This document shows, in pieces, positions 12,301 through 23,727 of a DNA stretch of 64,000 nucleotides. The DNA lies in the NCBI GenBank assembly GCA_964035545.1, contig OZ037769.1, forward strand, positions 17,142,633-17,206,632, written 5' to 3'. The first letter of the stretch is position 1, and each line of letters starts with the position of its first letter. The position numbers were made by a program, and so were the translations under genes. Source of the DNA: Bugula neritina. Taxonomy: Eukaryota > Animalia > Bryozoa. The notes beneath the pieces were generated by a model that made no database searches, was not told the DNA's origin, and was given only the letters and a program-made list of their open reading frames with translations.

Positions 12301-13670
12301 GAGCTGATGTGGTATCTGGTGTTGCTGAGTGAGTGGGTGAGTGAGTGAGTGAGTGAGCGATAGTCAGTGAGTGAGTGAGTGAGTGAGTGAGTGAGTGAGT
12401 GAGTGAGTGAGTGAGTGAGTGAGTGAGTGAGTGAGTGAGTGAGTGAGTGAGTGAGTGAGTGAGTGAGTGAGTGAGTGAGTGAGTGAGTGAGTGAGTGAGT
12501 GAGTGAGTGAGTGAGTGAGTGAGTGAGTGAGTGAGTGAGTGAGTGAGTGAGTGAGTGAGTGAGTGAGTGAGTGAGTGAGTGAGTGAGTGAGTGAGTGAGT
12601 GAGTGAGTGAGTGAGTGAGTGAGTGAGTGAGTGAGTGAGTGAGTGAGTGAGTGAGTAAGTGAGTGAGTCACCTATAACAGAACTGTATTCTGTACGACTC
12701 AGCTAGTTGAAGGCGTGTTGACTCAATCTAACTGATTTGGTTATATTTAGAAGCCGCCATCTACGTGATCATATCTGGTAAGCCATGCTCGCTTCAACCT
12801 TCTCAACTATTAAATTCTGGTTTCATTGGAACACAACTGGGACCCGGTTGCCTTCTTTTCCTTTTACTCATTATGTAACAGAGGAAAAGCTCTGTTTCAT
12901 GAACTTGATTTGAGTTAATTCAGCGGCAACTTTCTAATACCTTTGCTCCTTGTGTTGACCTGTTTCCTCCCATTTCACGTGGCCACTGGAGTGGTCCTAT
13001 AAATTTGCAAGTTGCTAGTGATAACCCTTAGCAGATTTAATTTATTGTTTTTACGCAGTAATAGTGCTACTCTTGCTCTAGTTGGGCCAATCAACATGCT
13101 TTATGCGTTAAACAGCTTGGCCAATGGCTGTGGGTTATGCAACAGGTGAACCAATGGCTGAATATTTAACAAAGTACATTGACGGTGTTATTATTTACAG
13201 AACCGAATGCAGGAGAGTCTGAAGTTGTTTGACTCAATATGTAACAACAAATGGTTTGGCAATACGTCCATCATCCTCTTCCTGAACAAGAAGGACCTGT
13301 TTGAGATAAAGATAAAGAAATCACCTTTGACTATTGCCTTCCCAGAATACACCGGTCAGTACCAGATCTGCCAACTCCTCTAAACTACTGTCTGTGTTGA
13401 GTGACTCATAGCAGTAATACTAACCATGCTGTATACTGGTTGCTATGGTAACAACCTTGACACTATCTCCATTGTGTTACAGGTCCGCAGTCGTACGAGG
13501 AGGCTGGCGCTTTTATTCAAGTTCAGTTTGAAACTAAAAACAAATCAGAGAACAAAGAGATCTACTGCCACCAGACGTGCGCCACTGATACGGAGAACGT
13601 GCAGTTTGTGTTTGATGCTGTCACTGACGTCATCATAGCTAACAATCTGAGGGGGTGTGGCCTCTACTGA
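4035..13670 (+). CDS. GNAO1: Heterotrimeric G protein alpha-o subunit, 8 exons (4035-4152, 4737-4779, 10332-10473, 10604-10764, 11100-11228, 12165-12294, 13201-13354, 13483-13670), 354 aa
   Basis: [10 protein letters not shown]-terminus, [29 protein letters not shown], Go-type MEDTEPF and C-terminal [13 protein letters not shown] exons of 118/43/142/161/129/130/154/188 nt match the Gi/o family structure. Confidence 0.97.
4168..4418. repeat. (AGT)n microsatellite, Gao intron 1
   Basis: Direct reading of the sequence. Confidence 0.95.
5564..6310. repeat. (CT)n/(CCCTCTCT)n polypyrimidine repeat, Gao intron 2
   Basis: About 750 bp composed only of C and T. Confidence 0.97.
7698..8885 (+). CDS. 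Intronless ankyrin-repeat protein with C-terminal SOCS-box-like motif (ASB-like), nested in Gao intron 2
   Basis: 395-codon non-repetitive ORF with ankyrin-type segments ([63 protein letters not shown]). C-terminal [15 protein letters not shown]...[15 protein letters not shown] at ~9022. Confidence 0.75.
   Translation: MDDESKDERQLIKEVGHAMYKGDIKRFREIVEDPEFCINAQVAENAPILIYAVILGNLEMVKEILAHPNFSACQSMMGPKEMTAYHFVKKDNLECIKALYPLCKEYLNFCGGKHHLKPLQLAIREGTAAVDALLGLGADPTALLDSANSEVMEELLRPDNENSLALFRYFMYQRLHQYHVLHSGSDSRVYSLLYYAIKVGHCKAVCELLKRGAKVNYKIRPTFDNANLSNVAIRNVQVRNPQYGAKPEDTVEIAWRVIEASAEPPSFFVILEFYTTHLARKLSCLGAEERLPKHLVEGLMRILAAAFANTHSLQNDELISYNRSPCNFVLINCQNSPLQQLAANSLRRQLLENGQNNIAEALHCERIDPGLHSMIAMDKVRDKYLERIRAHFYRD
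9721..9960. repeat. 30-bp minisatellite x8, each unit carrying GTTACCRTAGCAAC (RFX X-box)
   Basis: Unit TGTTGACTGTTACCATAGCAACCACTGCTG. Confidence 0.95.
11628..11798. repeat. 46-bp minisatellite (~3.7 copies) with CAG|GTAAAG|GTAAGT, Gao intron 5
   Basis: CAG|GT with GT at 11655, 11701, 11747 and 11793. Confidence 0.92.
12326..12668. repeat. (GAGT)n microsatellite, Gao intron 6
   Basis: Direct reading of the sequence. Confidence 0.97.
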
Positions 13671-15271
13671 TCTAGGGGCGTGGCTGACCCGACACGTCTG
13701 CAGCCATCTTCTTTCAAAGCTCAGTCAGTGACTTATGGTTAAGGGCGAGATGTAGTGCATACATTCCGCCAATCATGTTTCAAGTCATATTCATAGTTGA
13801 TTTATTCAGCCAATCAGCATTGGCGTTGTATATGTTTAGCCAATCAGCAATAGAGTTGTAGCCGTATTCAATTTAGAACGACTACAATATCAGTGACAAT
13901 CATTTTGTCTTGTATATGTTGTGTAGATTCTACGTACTCTATCCTTTATTGTCATTTTAACTGCTGCTATTATCTACTATATTTATAGCCGTTTATTATT
14001 CCTATAGGACTGCTTTTATTGGGTGACTCATTACTCAAATGTCTCAATATTAAATGATTTAATAATTGGCTCGTTAGTTTAGGAGTTACGCTCCCCTTTA
14101 TTGTTTTACGTTTTGTATTGTATTTGAAGTCATATTTTCTATTACAACCTCGTGTTAGTTTGTGAGTCAATTTTATTATAGTGTTTACAGCAATATTCAA
14201 CATAGTTTTCTGTGTACATCAGAGTTGTCTTATTTACTGCATGCTTTGATGGCTCAACGTAAGAAAGATGTCAGTTTGTAACATCTTAGACTGGGATCCT
14301 AAACGATGTTTATAGCTTCATATTTAGCATATAAATGAAAGTTGTCCTGTACTAAAATTTCTGTCAAGTGGCATTTTTTTAGGCCATCGCTCTACAATCT
14401 GTACTGGACTCTGTGAACATTTAATCGGCCTGTGTGGAGTTAAGTTCTATTTCGTTCATGTTTCTCATCTAGTTTAAAAACAGTCAAGTACTACTTAACT
14501 CACACAAGTCAGTACTTAACTCATGCTAGTCAAGTACAATCAATTACTCAGCTACTGTCTATTACTTGTATATGTATTATGTTTATTAGCTATATACTTC
14601 TCTATTGTATTTAATTTTTTGTTGTATGAAATACAGATTTCCCTCACAGTCTTGTCTCACTGTTATTATGATGACTATCACTACTTGAAGATATTTCCTG
14701 CTTTACCCCCCCCCCCCCCACCTTTTTTTCTAAGGAAATTATTACTGCCAGCATTACTGCTATGTTGACTGGTCTGTGCAAAAAATAATTTATAGAATTT
14801 TTAAAACATGCAAAATCTAAAGAGGTGCTTAAGAAACAAAAATTAGGTTATCAGTATTATGGTTGCATTATAGTATTCTGTTGCAGCTTTTATTATTAAA
14901 TTTTTTTACCCTGCAGCATAAAATACTGTTTTATATACGATAAATCTATATGATACAGTAATTAAAGTACTAATTAAATGAAATGCTATTAGTTTGCATA
15001 GCTGTCCCAAAAATAAAAATCGAGAGAACCAATTTTCAAGGACCTACTAATTATATCATTTATTACTACTGTTAAATGTAGAAAGCCCGGAGTTGTCAGT
15101 CATCGTACATTTTGTTTCGCTTATTTGTAGCGAGCAAACTAGAAGGTCATTGACGAATGTCAAGGTAGAAAATCGTTTCCTGTTTTTAAAATTGAAAACT
15201 GGACATTTTTATCGTTCAGGGTTAAATAGAATGACTATTTGAAGTTAAAAACCCTAATAACTTAGAAGAAA

Positions 15272-17877
15272 ATGGGAGTTTTCAAGTTTTTAGTTGTTCA
15301 GTCTGTTGTTGTTATATTAAGTTCCTTACTAGCTTGGCATATATCACAATATGGGCATCAGCCTACTGCCTATATGGATGAAATATTTCATATCCCACAA
15401 GCTCAGAAGTACTGCAACGGCTCGTTTGAAGAGGTAATTTAACCGACATGGTTCATTTAAATTAGCTGTAGGATTTATATTTTTTTTTCAGTAGTTGGCC
15501 AAGAAGTTTAACTTTATGAATGACTCTCGTACTATGTACTAAATTTAAAATTACCATAAGTTAATGCATAAGTATAATTAATTGCAATTCTACTAGTACT
15601 AGTAGTAATACTACTTTAGTACTTGAGTACTGGTAGAATAGTAATACTATAAATATTAGCACTAGTATAAATTTTAGATTTAGTTTGATTGCTATTTTAC
15701 TTATTTAGGAAATGACTTCACTTTTTAAAAAAATTAAAACTTATTCAAATTTTGGTGTCTTAATAATATTATTAAAATATTAAAAAACAGAAAGTACAGT
15801 GATTGGTAGTCAAAGTCATACTCAAAGTCATACTCATAGTCATACTCAAAGTCATACTCATATTGGTGTTGATTGTGATTTTGTTACTTCAACTCTATAT
15901 AGATAATTTTGAATTAAGCAGGGCATTGCAAACCTTTGCATTTTGTTTCAATCAATTTATTTAAAAAATTTACGTTCATGCCGAAAGCTTGATTTTGCTT
16001 GATTTGCCACGCTACTGTATCAGAATTTTTATTGGTTAGTGGGATCCAAAGATTACCACGTTACCTGGACTATACCTGTTCAGCGTTGGTTTACTGAAGC
16101 CCTTTCAGCAGATACTATCCGCCACCAACCGTGAGCTTTGCTCAGTACTCAATCTCAGACTCGTTAACAGTCTTTTCTGTGCCGGAAACTTCTATTTATT
16201 CGTTGTAATCACTGAAACTCTCAACAAGAAAAACAAACAGGTAATAAAATCATTTTAATGTTGCCAGTAGAGAATGCATAGTTTTGAAAGTCTAAAATGT
16301 TAAAAGTGTAACTGATATTAGCCTGTAAGTTTGACTTATACACAACTTTACAGGAGAATTATACTCTACTGAAAGCGCTGACACTGAGTCTCATGCCGCT
16401 GCTCTTCTTCTTCAACTTCCTGTTTTACACCGACTCAGGTAGGTTTTGCTGACTCGGCTGAGTCATTCTCAACATCTTCATTGAAAATGTTCAATTTTAA
16501 ATTTTATTTTATTGAAAATTCTGACTTGATGGTTATATTTGTCTCAAGTTGTATATTTATTTATTTCAGAGAGAGATGTAACTTTTTATCTCTTTCTTTC
16601 AGTATAATGAAATAATTTCCATTAAGCACTCACTCTCTCTAATCATGAAAATATTATCTAACCTCCACCTTAAACTTGGAAATTGTTTTAATAGAATATT
16701 TAAACTCTTATAAGTGACATTTGACCTCACTCCAACATGTTCTGTTGCATTATATTACACAGTATAATGGTATGACATCATTATTGCGCTGTATCATTGT
16801 ACATTATATTATTTAGACGTAACATGAGAGTATTATTCTCTGCAGGATCGCTGTTCTTCATTCTCTATGCCTATTACTACCATCTGAAAGGCTCTTACTC
16901 TGCGGCGGCAATACTTGGTATGATTTCTATGATATTCCGGCAGACTAACATAGTGTGGGTTTTCTTCATGGCTCTCTGCAACGTCTCCAGGATTCTGTAT
17001 AAGTACGTTTACCTCAGACTATCTTATCACTTAATACATGCATATATTATATACATGTGTGTGTATAGTACAGAGTAAGGTAGCAGAGGCGAGTTTAATG
17101 TCGCTACTGTGTGTTATCCTCAGGCAGATGAGACTGGAGAATAGAGAAACTCACACCATCTGCTTTCTGCTCACTCACTCCCTCCCTGTGTTTGTCATCA
17201 ACACCATCATATCCTGTTGGAGTTATGCCATCGTCGGAGGCACCGCTATAGCCTTTGTTCTCTGGAACGGCAGCGTTGTGGTTGGTGATAAATCAGCTCA
17301 CGAAGCTTCATTTAACCCACCCCAACTGGGCTACTTTGCACTCTTCACTCTAGGTCTATCTTTGATGCATCTAGTCACAGCTAATAAGATCAAGCAGTTC
17401 CTTAACAATATTTGTAGCAACTTGTTTGTTTACACGGTTGTCATAGCAACAAGCTCTTTGTTGATATACCGGTTTACGCAGGTACACCCGTACCTTCTAG
17501 CTGACAATAGACACTACACGTTCTACTTCTGGTCTAAACTCTATGCCAGGTTCACCTGGGGCAGGTACATCCTGTTACCCGTGTACTTGTTTAGCCTCTG
17601 GTCCATAAACCATAGTCTCAGCCACATACACAGCATGATTAGAGGCTGCTTGTGGGTGTGTATCTGTGCCGCCCTTCTTCCTCAGAAGCTCATAGAGTTC
17701 CGGTACTTTGTGGTGCCGTACATGCTGATCCGACTCCACATGAAAGGGGAGACAACCCGCAGCCTTCTACTCGAACTCACTCTGTATATTCTCATCAACT
17801 CCTTCACTCTGCACAGATTTCTATATAAACCCATATTCTGGCCTAATGTGGAAGAACCCCAGAGAATTATGTGGTGA
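15272..17877 (+). CDS. ALG10: Dol-P-Glc alpha-1,2-glucosyltransferase (DIE2/ALG10), 5 exons (15272-15433, 16040-16240, 16354-16438, 16846-17002, 17124-17877)
   Basis: YMDEIFHIPQAQKYC, WDPKITTLPGLY, FRQTNIVW, NGSVVVGDKSAH, HPYLLADNRHYTFY, EFRYF and QRIMW terminus. Confidence 0.95.
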
Positions 17878-18135
17878 TGATTTGACTGGCTTCTTAGTGG
17901 TTACAAAGGAAATAGGTCGGTCACACTGACCAATCATATCACAGGAAACATGTATTGTAAAATACTAATGAAATAAAATAGAATGCAAATATATGCTGGA
18001 CAATAATTATGTACACAATTTGGAGTTGTCTTCCATCCTCTGCAATACACTGCATAGCTTTGACAGATGTTAGTTAGAATTAGAATGCTTATAATTAGTT
18101 AAATATGTCAATAATAAATAAATAATTGTAAGTTT

Positions 18136-21100
18136 TTATGTCTCGGGCAGTATTTCTTCATCTTCCTTTAGTATTCCCAGCAGACGTAAGAAGTTGCGCT
18201 CTTCTTCCAGAAACCCATTATATTCATTTTTATCTCTCATATCTTTCTCCTCATCGGTGAGAGTGACATTCGGTGCAATCTAAAAATAGAGCACGCAATG
18301 GTGTTATACTAGCAGACGGTCTGATGCTTACAGTAGCAGACGACAAACAATGTAGCCTCTAAAACAAATAATGTGTATGTGATGGAGACTGGTTTGAATC
18401 TTGTGCATAAATCTAGTAAAAAGAGAAGTTCTATGATGTCAGCCTTTACCTGCATTACTGCCACACTCTGACTAACCTGAGAATAAATCAAGTCTAAAGT
18501 GGGACAACTCCTACTTTTGAATAATGTTTCTCGTATATCATGTTAAATAGTGATGGGATTTATATTTCATGTGACAAACACAAATTCTAGTAAGTAAACA
18601 TAAACGGAGTATTGCAGTAATAAATTAGTTGCTTTGACAAACTTATAAAATTATTTTATCGCTACTAACCCCCATTTTTCTTTTATTTTCTGCTTCTATT
18701 TCTCTCTTTTCCTCTTCTCTGAAGTTCCATCTGGCGACCACAAAGTTCCTTCTTGCAACTTCACGGTCTAAGTAGGCCTGGACAGCTTGCAGCTGAAACA
18801 CAAAACATCACCACACCTGTATTATAATATTATATCTCTACTTTTGTATTATAATATTATATCTCTACTCTCGTATTATAATATTATATCTCTACAGTCT
18901 ACATGTATTATAATATTATATCTTTACTCTCGTATTATAATATTATATCTATACAAGCATTGTAATATTAGATCACCACACCTGTATTGTAATATACTAC
19001 ACTGTAATAATGTGTGTAAGATATGATTGAAGGAGTTACCTCCCCGGCAGTAGCGTGTCTAAGACTCCAAGGTATTTCCATGACATGCAGAGTACCAGAG
19101 TTGTCTCCCACTGCTAGCAGGTGCTGCCGGTGAGTGATCTGGAAGGGGTAGATGCAGGTGATGGGGTGGGCTGACACATTCTGGTTCATAGAAGGCTCGT
19201 GAGTTTTCTCTAACAAGTCCCAAATATCTACACTGCCATCATCTCTGGCAATGTACAAGACACCGGGTCGGGACGGGGACCAGAAGCCCGAAGTTAGCTG
19301 TCTTCTAGTGGTAGGGGACCTGAGGATAGGGCCGCTGCTCACCCCCTCCTTCCAGACGGTGAAGGTCCAGCCGCCCACGCACAGCACGATGTCTCTGAAG
19401 AAGGGGGACCTCTGCACACAGATGATACGCCCGTCATGCAGCCCGTGGTAGTAGGCCGGTTTGGGAGTCTGTATCTTCCCGCTGTCTTGATCTTTCTGCG
19501 GCATCCAGTCCAGATAAACCAGGTCACCATCTTCAGTGCCGCAGTAGAAGTGCGTGTTGACTCCAGTGAGGGTTTTCTTCTCTTTTCCTGATGGAGGTTT
19601 TCCAACCCCTGCCGTGAAATGACCTCCAGGTCCGATGGATTCCTTCAACTCTTCCGACCCTTTGTTGATAACACTGAAACAGTCAGAGTAGCTGTGTACA
19701 CACAGACCTCTACCTCTTTACACGTACCTCTACTCTACCTCATTACACGTACATCTACCTCATTACACGTACATCTACTCTACCTCATTACACGTACATC
19801 TACTCTACCTCTTTACACGTACCTCTACTCTACTTATTAATATGAACAAGTAAAGATTCCTCTCATCACATAAGTATATAGCAGATGCATTGTTGAACTA
19901 CACAACTAGATATTAGCAGAAAATACAATAAACCCTGATACCTTTTATCTCCTTGCACTTCTGATATTGAAAAGACGGTAGGGTTGTGATCACCCCCGGG
20001 CTCACTCTTGTGGAGATGCACTTTCATCAGAGGTCTCCAGGCTAAGTCTAGCTGTTTCAGAGGGGAGGCATTGGTAAGGTTGGAGTGTTCACTGCCCTTC
20101 TTCTGGTCCACCTTGGAGACTGGTCTTATATCCCACACTAGGACTGAGTGGTCGGCCGCTGCTGTCATTATCTAGCAGCAGAAACATTACAGAATCTGAC
20201 ATGAGGTGAGATTTTATTTAGCTGGGACTGGATTCCTACATAATATACTAATGATGTGGCCTCAGCGAGGCAGTTACACCTAAACCGTTGCCCTTACGCC
20301 TCCTGAGACAGAATTACCTGCACACATTGTCCAGATCTGCTTTCCTGGGCCACACCCATTCTGGTGAGCTCCATGTGATCTGGCACCCAGAGGAGGTCGG
20401 TGATGGCTGCCTTGTGACTGTGCTCTATGCTAGACACGGCTACATACCGTACTATGGGCGTCTCCATGGGGTTCTCATCCGAATATCCTGTGAACCATAG
20501 GCTATTTATATTATTTGACTCACACAGTTGTGATGTAAACTTGTATGCAGGCAGTAGAGTTTGCTTAGTTTATAGAGAAACGTGATATTGACAAGAGAAG
20601 ACGAATCTAGCAACACATTTTTTGATGACAAGGGAAGACAAACCTGGTAAAGTGTTGAGAGTATTCTTTTTCTTTTCTTGTTTATTGGATCTTTGGTTTT
20701 TCAGTCTCTCAGCATGAGCTGATAAATCCCACATAACTACCTGTCCACTTAGACAGCCACCTACACAAAGTGTAAGCATATTAAACTCAATGTGATAGCA
20801 AGTGCCCTTTATATTGATTTAGTAAGAGTACTATATGGGGCCAGTTCAGGTGTACTTGGTAGTTGATAGCCTACTCTTAGGTAATACATCTTTCTGTAGT
20901 GATTCAAGACATACTCTGTATAGCGACTTGATATGTTTTCTGTAGTAACATAAGGCATACTTAGTAGTGACTTAAGACATACGCCGTAGTAACATGAGAC
21001 ATACTCTGTAGTAACCAGTGAGATAGTGCAGACAACTCACCAGCTACATAATTTGGTTCTGTCGGGCAGAATCGGAAGCAGTAGACGTCTTCGGGAGCCT

Positions 21101-23409
21101 CTAGAAGGAGCAATGGGTGAATCGGGTCAACGAAGCTCCAGATGAGAATGAGGGAAGGAGTCATAATGATCTTGTGGGAATTATCTACTCGGGCGTCAAA
21201 CCCCATCTTCTGTGCAACAGATACCGCTACTAGCCCCTTGATTGTGGGGTGCCAGTCTATGCAAGTAATTGTCTTCTCTTTACTAAACAGCAAGTCGGTG
21301 AATGATTGGAACTCCTTCAGATGACTGTCGGCCTTATTTCCAAAAGTGTTGTCATCTGGAATTATATGAAAATAGCATCAAACATTTGTGAAGCAAATTA
21401 ATAAGTGAATTACAACAAAACTTGAAGGAAAACTTTAAAATAAAATTGTACTGTAAAAACATATTGCAAGTATCTATGGTATTATATAGCCATGGTTATT
21501 ATACCCACTAAATTGCTAAACAATACCGAAAATTGAAATTTTCTTTCAACTAATTAAAAATTATGAAAGTTTAAATTCAAAATAACCTACGAGTAACTCG
21601 GCCTGATGAACTATAAGGAAAACAGAATATAATACTAGAAATTCTTAAGTTTCTACTTTGCTCTTTCAGTGAAACTGAGAAAACTAAAATATTTTATTCA
21701 CCATTTGAAAGTGAAGTCCAGTCATCAAAGAAAACATTCATTATCTCATTTTGCTGCAGGGCCTCTTCAAACCTCGGTCTCACATCCGTCATGAATGAGC
21801 TCAACGTCTGCTTCTCAAACTCTGTCTTCTGCTGCTCCTCAGAAAACTCTCGATATTCGTACTGGGTGTTGGCATTCTTTGGGTACTTCCATTCCGTCTG
21901 ACTGGAGATATCAATGCTCTCAGGGATAGCCTAAGATATCACACATAACATGTATTTACAGTGCACTTTTGCTAAGTCTCGCAATCAGTATGTAGTTAAA
22001 ATAGACCTCTGCTAAGTTCCAGAATAGAAAGCATAGCAATAAGTATAATAAAACTAATATCAAATACATGTGACTATTTATATAATATGTAAAACTAGTA
22101 AAATTTCAATTAAGAAAATCACAGACCTGAGTAGCACAATCCTGCTCTATTTTCACAACATCGAAACTGGCATCTTCATATGCAGTGCATTCGATGTAAG
22201 CGTCTTTGGCATCGCCAACATTCCTATCCTTAAATGTGACGGGAGCCCCAAAGTCCTTCCTCACTCTTACAATAGACTGAGAAATCAGTGGTCTATTTGT
22301 TACTAGCGATTCCTCTTTTACTTCATTTTCACTTCCTGTAAAGATATTCACACTTAATGAATAAACAGCATGATGGCTGACTGAGAGTGTATAAAATGTA
22401 GAGCTCTAGTGTTAGTAACTCAATGACTGTGAAAACTATAACATGTTTGACCTTGAGTGACCCAGTCTTTAGGAACTGGAGGCACGTATTTGTAGACAAC
22501 CTGTTCCCCTTCCTCTTCTTCTTCGCCTTCTGCTTTTACCTGCCAATAAAATGACAAGAGTATTCACTATATTCTGTTTACACCGCAATTGCATAGAACA
22601 TGATGTCATTGAAAGGGATTCAAATATAATGATAAATAATCTTTATTTAAAAATACTTTAAAATTAACTTTGCATTAAATATACTAATATTATTGTTGGA
22701 TATATTCAAATTAAAGTGTTTGATAATTGATGTGAGAATCTGCAACGTCAACTGCCACATAAGCATTTTGCAACTTAAAAACTCAACTTACTTCCGGAGC
22801 TACTAACAGAGCATCTTTAGCTTCAACAGATAAAATTATGACAAAATTTTCGCCAAATTTGTAGTCTAAATCAGCGATAAGTATAATGTCATCTTCAGGG
22901 TAGTCTTGAATCTTCTTTTTTATAGGAGAGAAGTCGCTAACAGCAGCTCTTTTAAAAATGTCATCAAGTATACTTTGTTTTGTTCGAATTTTAACTAGTT
23001 TGTCCTCCTCAGTGTTAGCATCACCAAGGTTAAACATTTCCTGAGTCATTGATGATAAAAAGAGTGATTTTGCTCCTTCTGGTAATTCATCTGGTATTGT
23101 AAATGCTTCAATCTTTGCTTTCATCATATTATCAACAATTTCCACCTTTTCTTCATCTTCAGTTTTTGCAGATGCCGTCTTTTTCTTAGCACTTTTTTTG
23201 CTACTTTTGTCAGATCTTCCAGACTTTGGAGATTTTGGAGACTTTGCTCTAACCGACTTAGACGGAGTGCTTGGTTTAGATCCTGCAGATTTGCCAGATT
23301 TAGCTGAGCCTGGTTTTGAATTAGGCTTTGATCCAACGGCAATTGTTGTATCTTCATCTTTTTCTTCAGTAACTGCTGTTACTTTTTCTTTTTCAGAATC
23401 ATCAGCCAT
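18136..23409 (-). CDS. DNAI3: Dynein axonemal intermediate chain 3 (WDR63/IC140-like), multi-exon
   Basis: AVSDFSPIKKKIQDYPEDDIILIADLDYKFGENF, WSFVDPIHPLLLLEAPEDVYCFRFCP, WD40 segments RSPFFRDIVLCVGGW and WSPSRPGV. ATG at 23409, TAA at 18136-18138. Confidence 0.9.
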
Positions 23410-23483
23410 AGTTAACAGTATTTGTTGAGTATCAATCTGCAATCACTCGTGAACCTTTTCTGCCATTTAAACGCCTAAAGGAA

Positions 23484-23574
23484 GTTTCTTAGCAACTATG
23501 TGCGACAACGTTTTACAGCGCCAAGAAAGTCGGGATAACACGGTGTTTACACGAATTGAAAAATATATGTTTAC
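23484..23574. promoter_or_regulatory. Putative RFX X-box plus two Forkhead sites in the DNAI3/RNFT bidirectional promoter
   Basis: GTTGCTAAGAAAC (minus, 23484-23496) 75 bp upstream of the DNAI3 ATG; TGTTTAC at 23544 and 23568. Confidence 0.6.
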
Positions 23575-23727
23575 GCTTGTTTCCTGTCTCAAGGTTGACT
23601 GAAGGTTACAGAAACTGTAACCGCTGTATTAAAAATAATTTTAATTCGTCACTAGTTGTAATTTTTATCTCAAATTTTGACTATTTTTACATCATGTGTT
23701 TTACATGTGTATGTTCTTAAACTCGAA

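Noticed and set aside
13765-13850. Three CCAATCA boxes in the Gao 3' UTR as an internal promoter
   Set aside because: CCAAT motifs are frequent throughout the window and no downstream ORF or other support is visible.
17038-17123. N-terminal part of the 279-aa ALG10 ORF as coding
   Set aside because: Phase matching favours the acceptor CCTCAG at 17123; the upstream part is intron.
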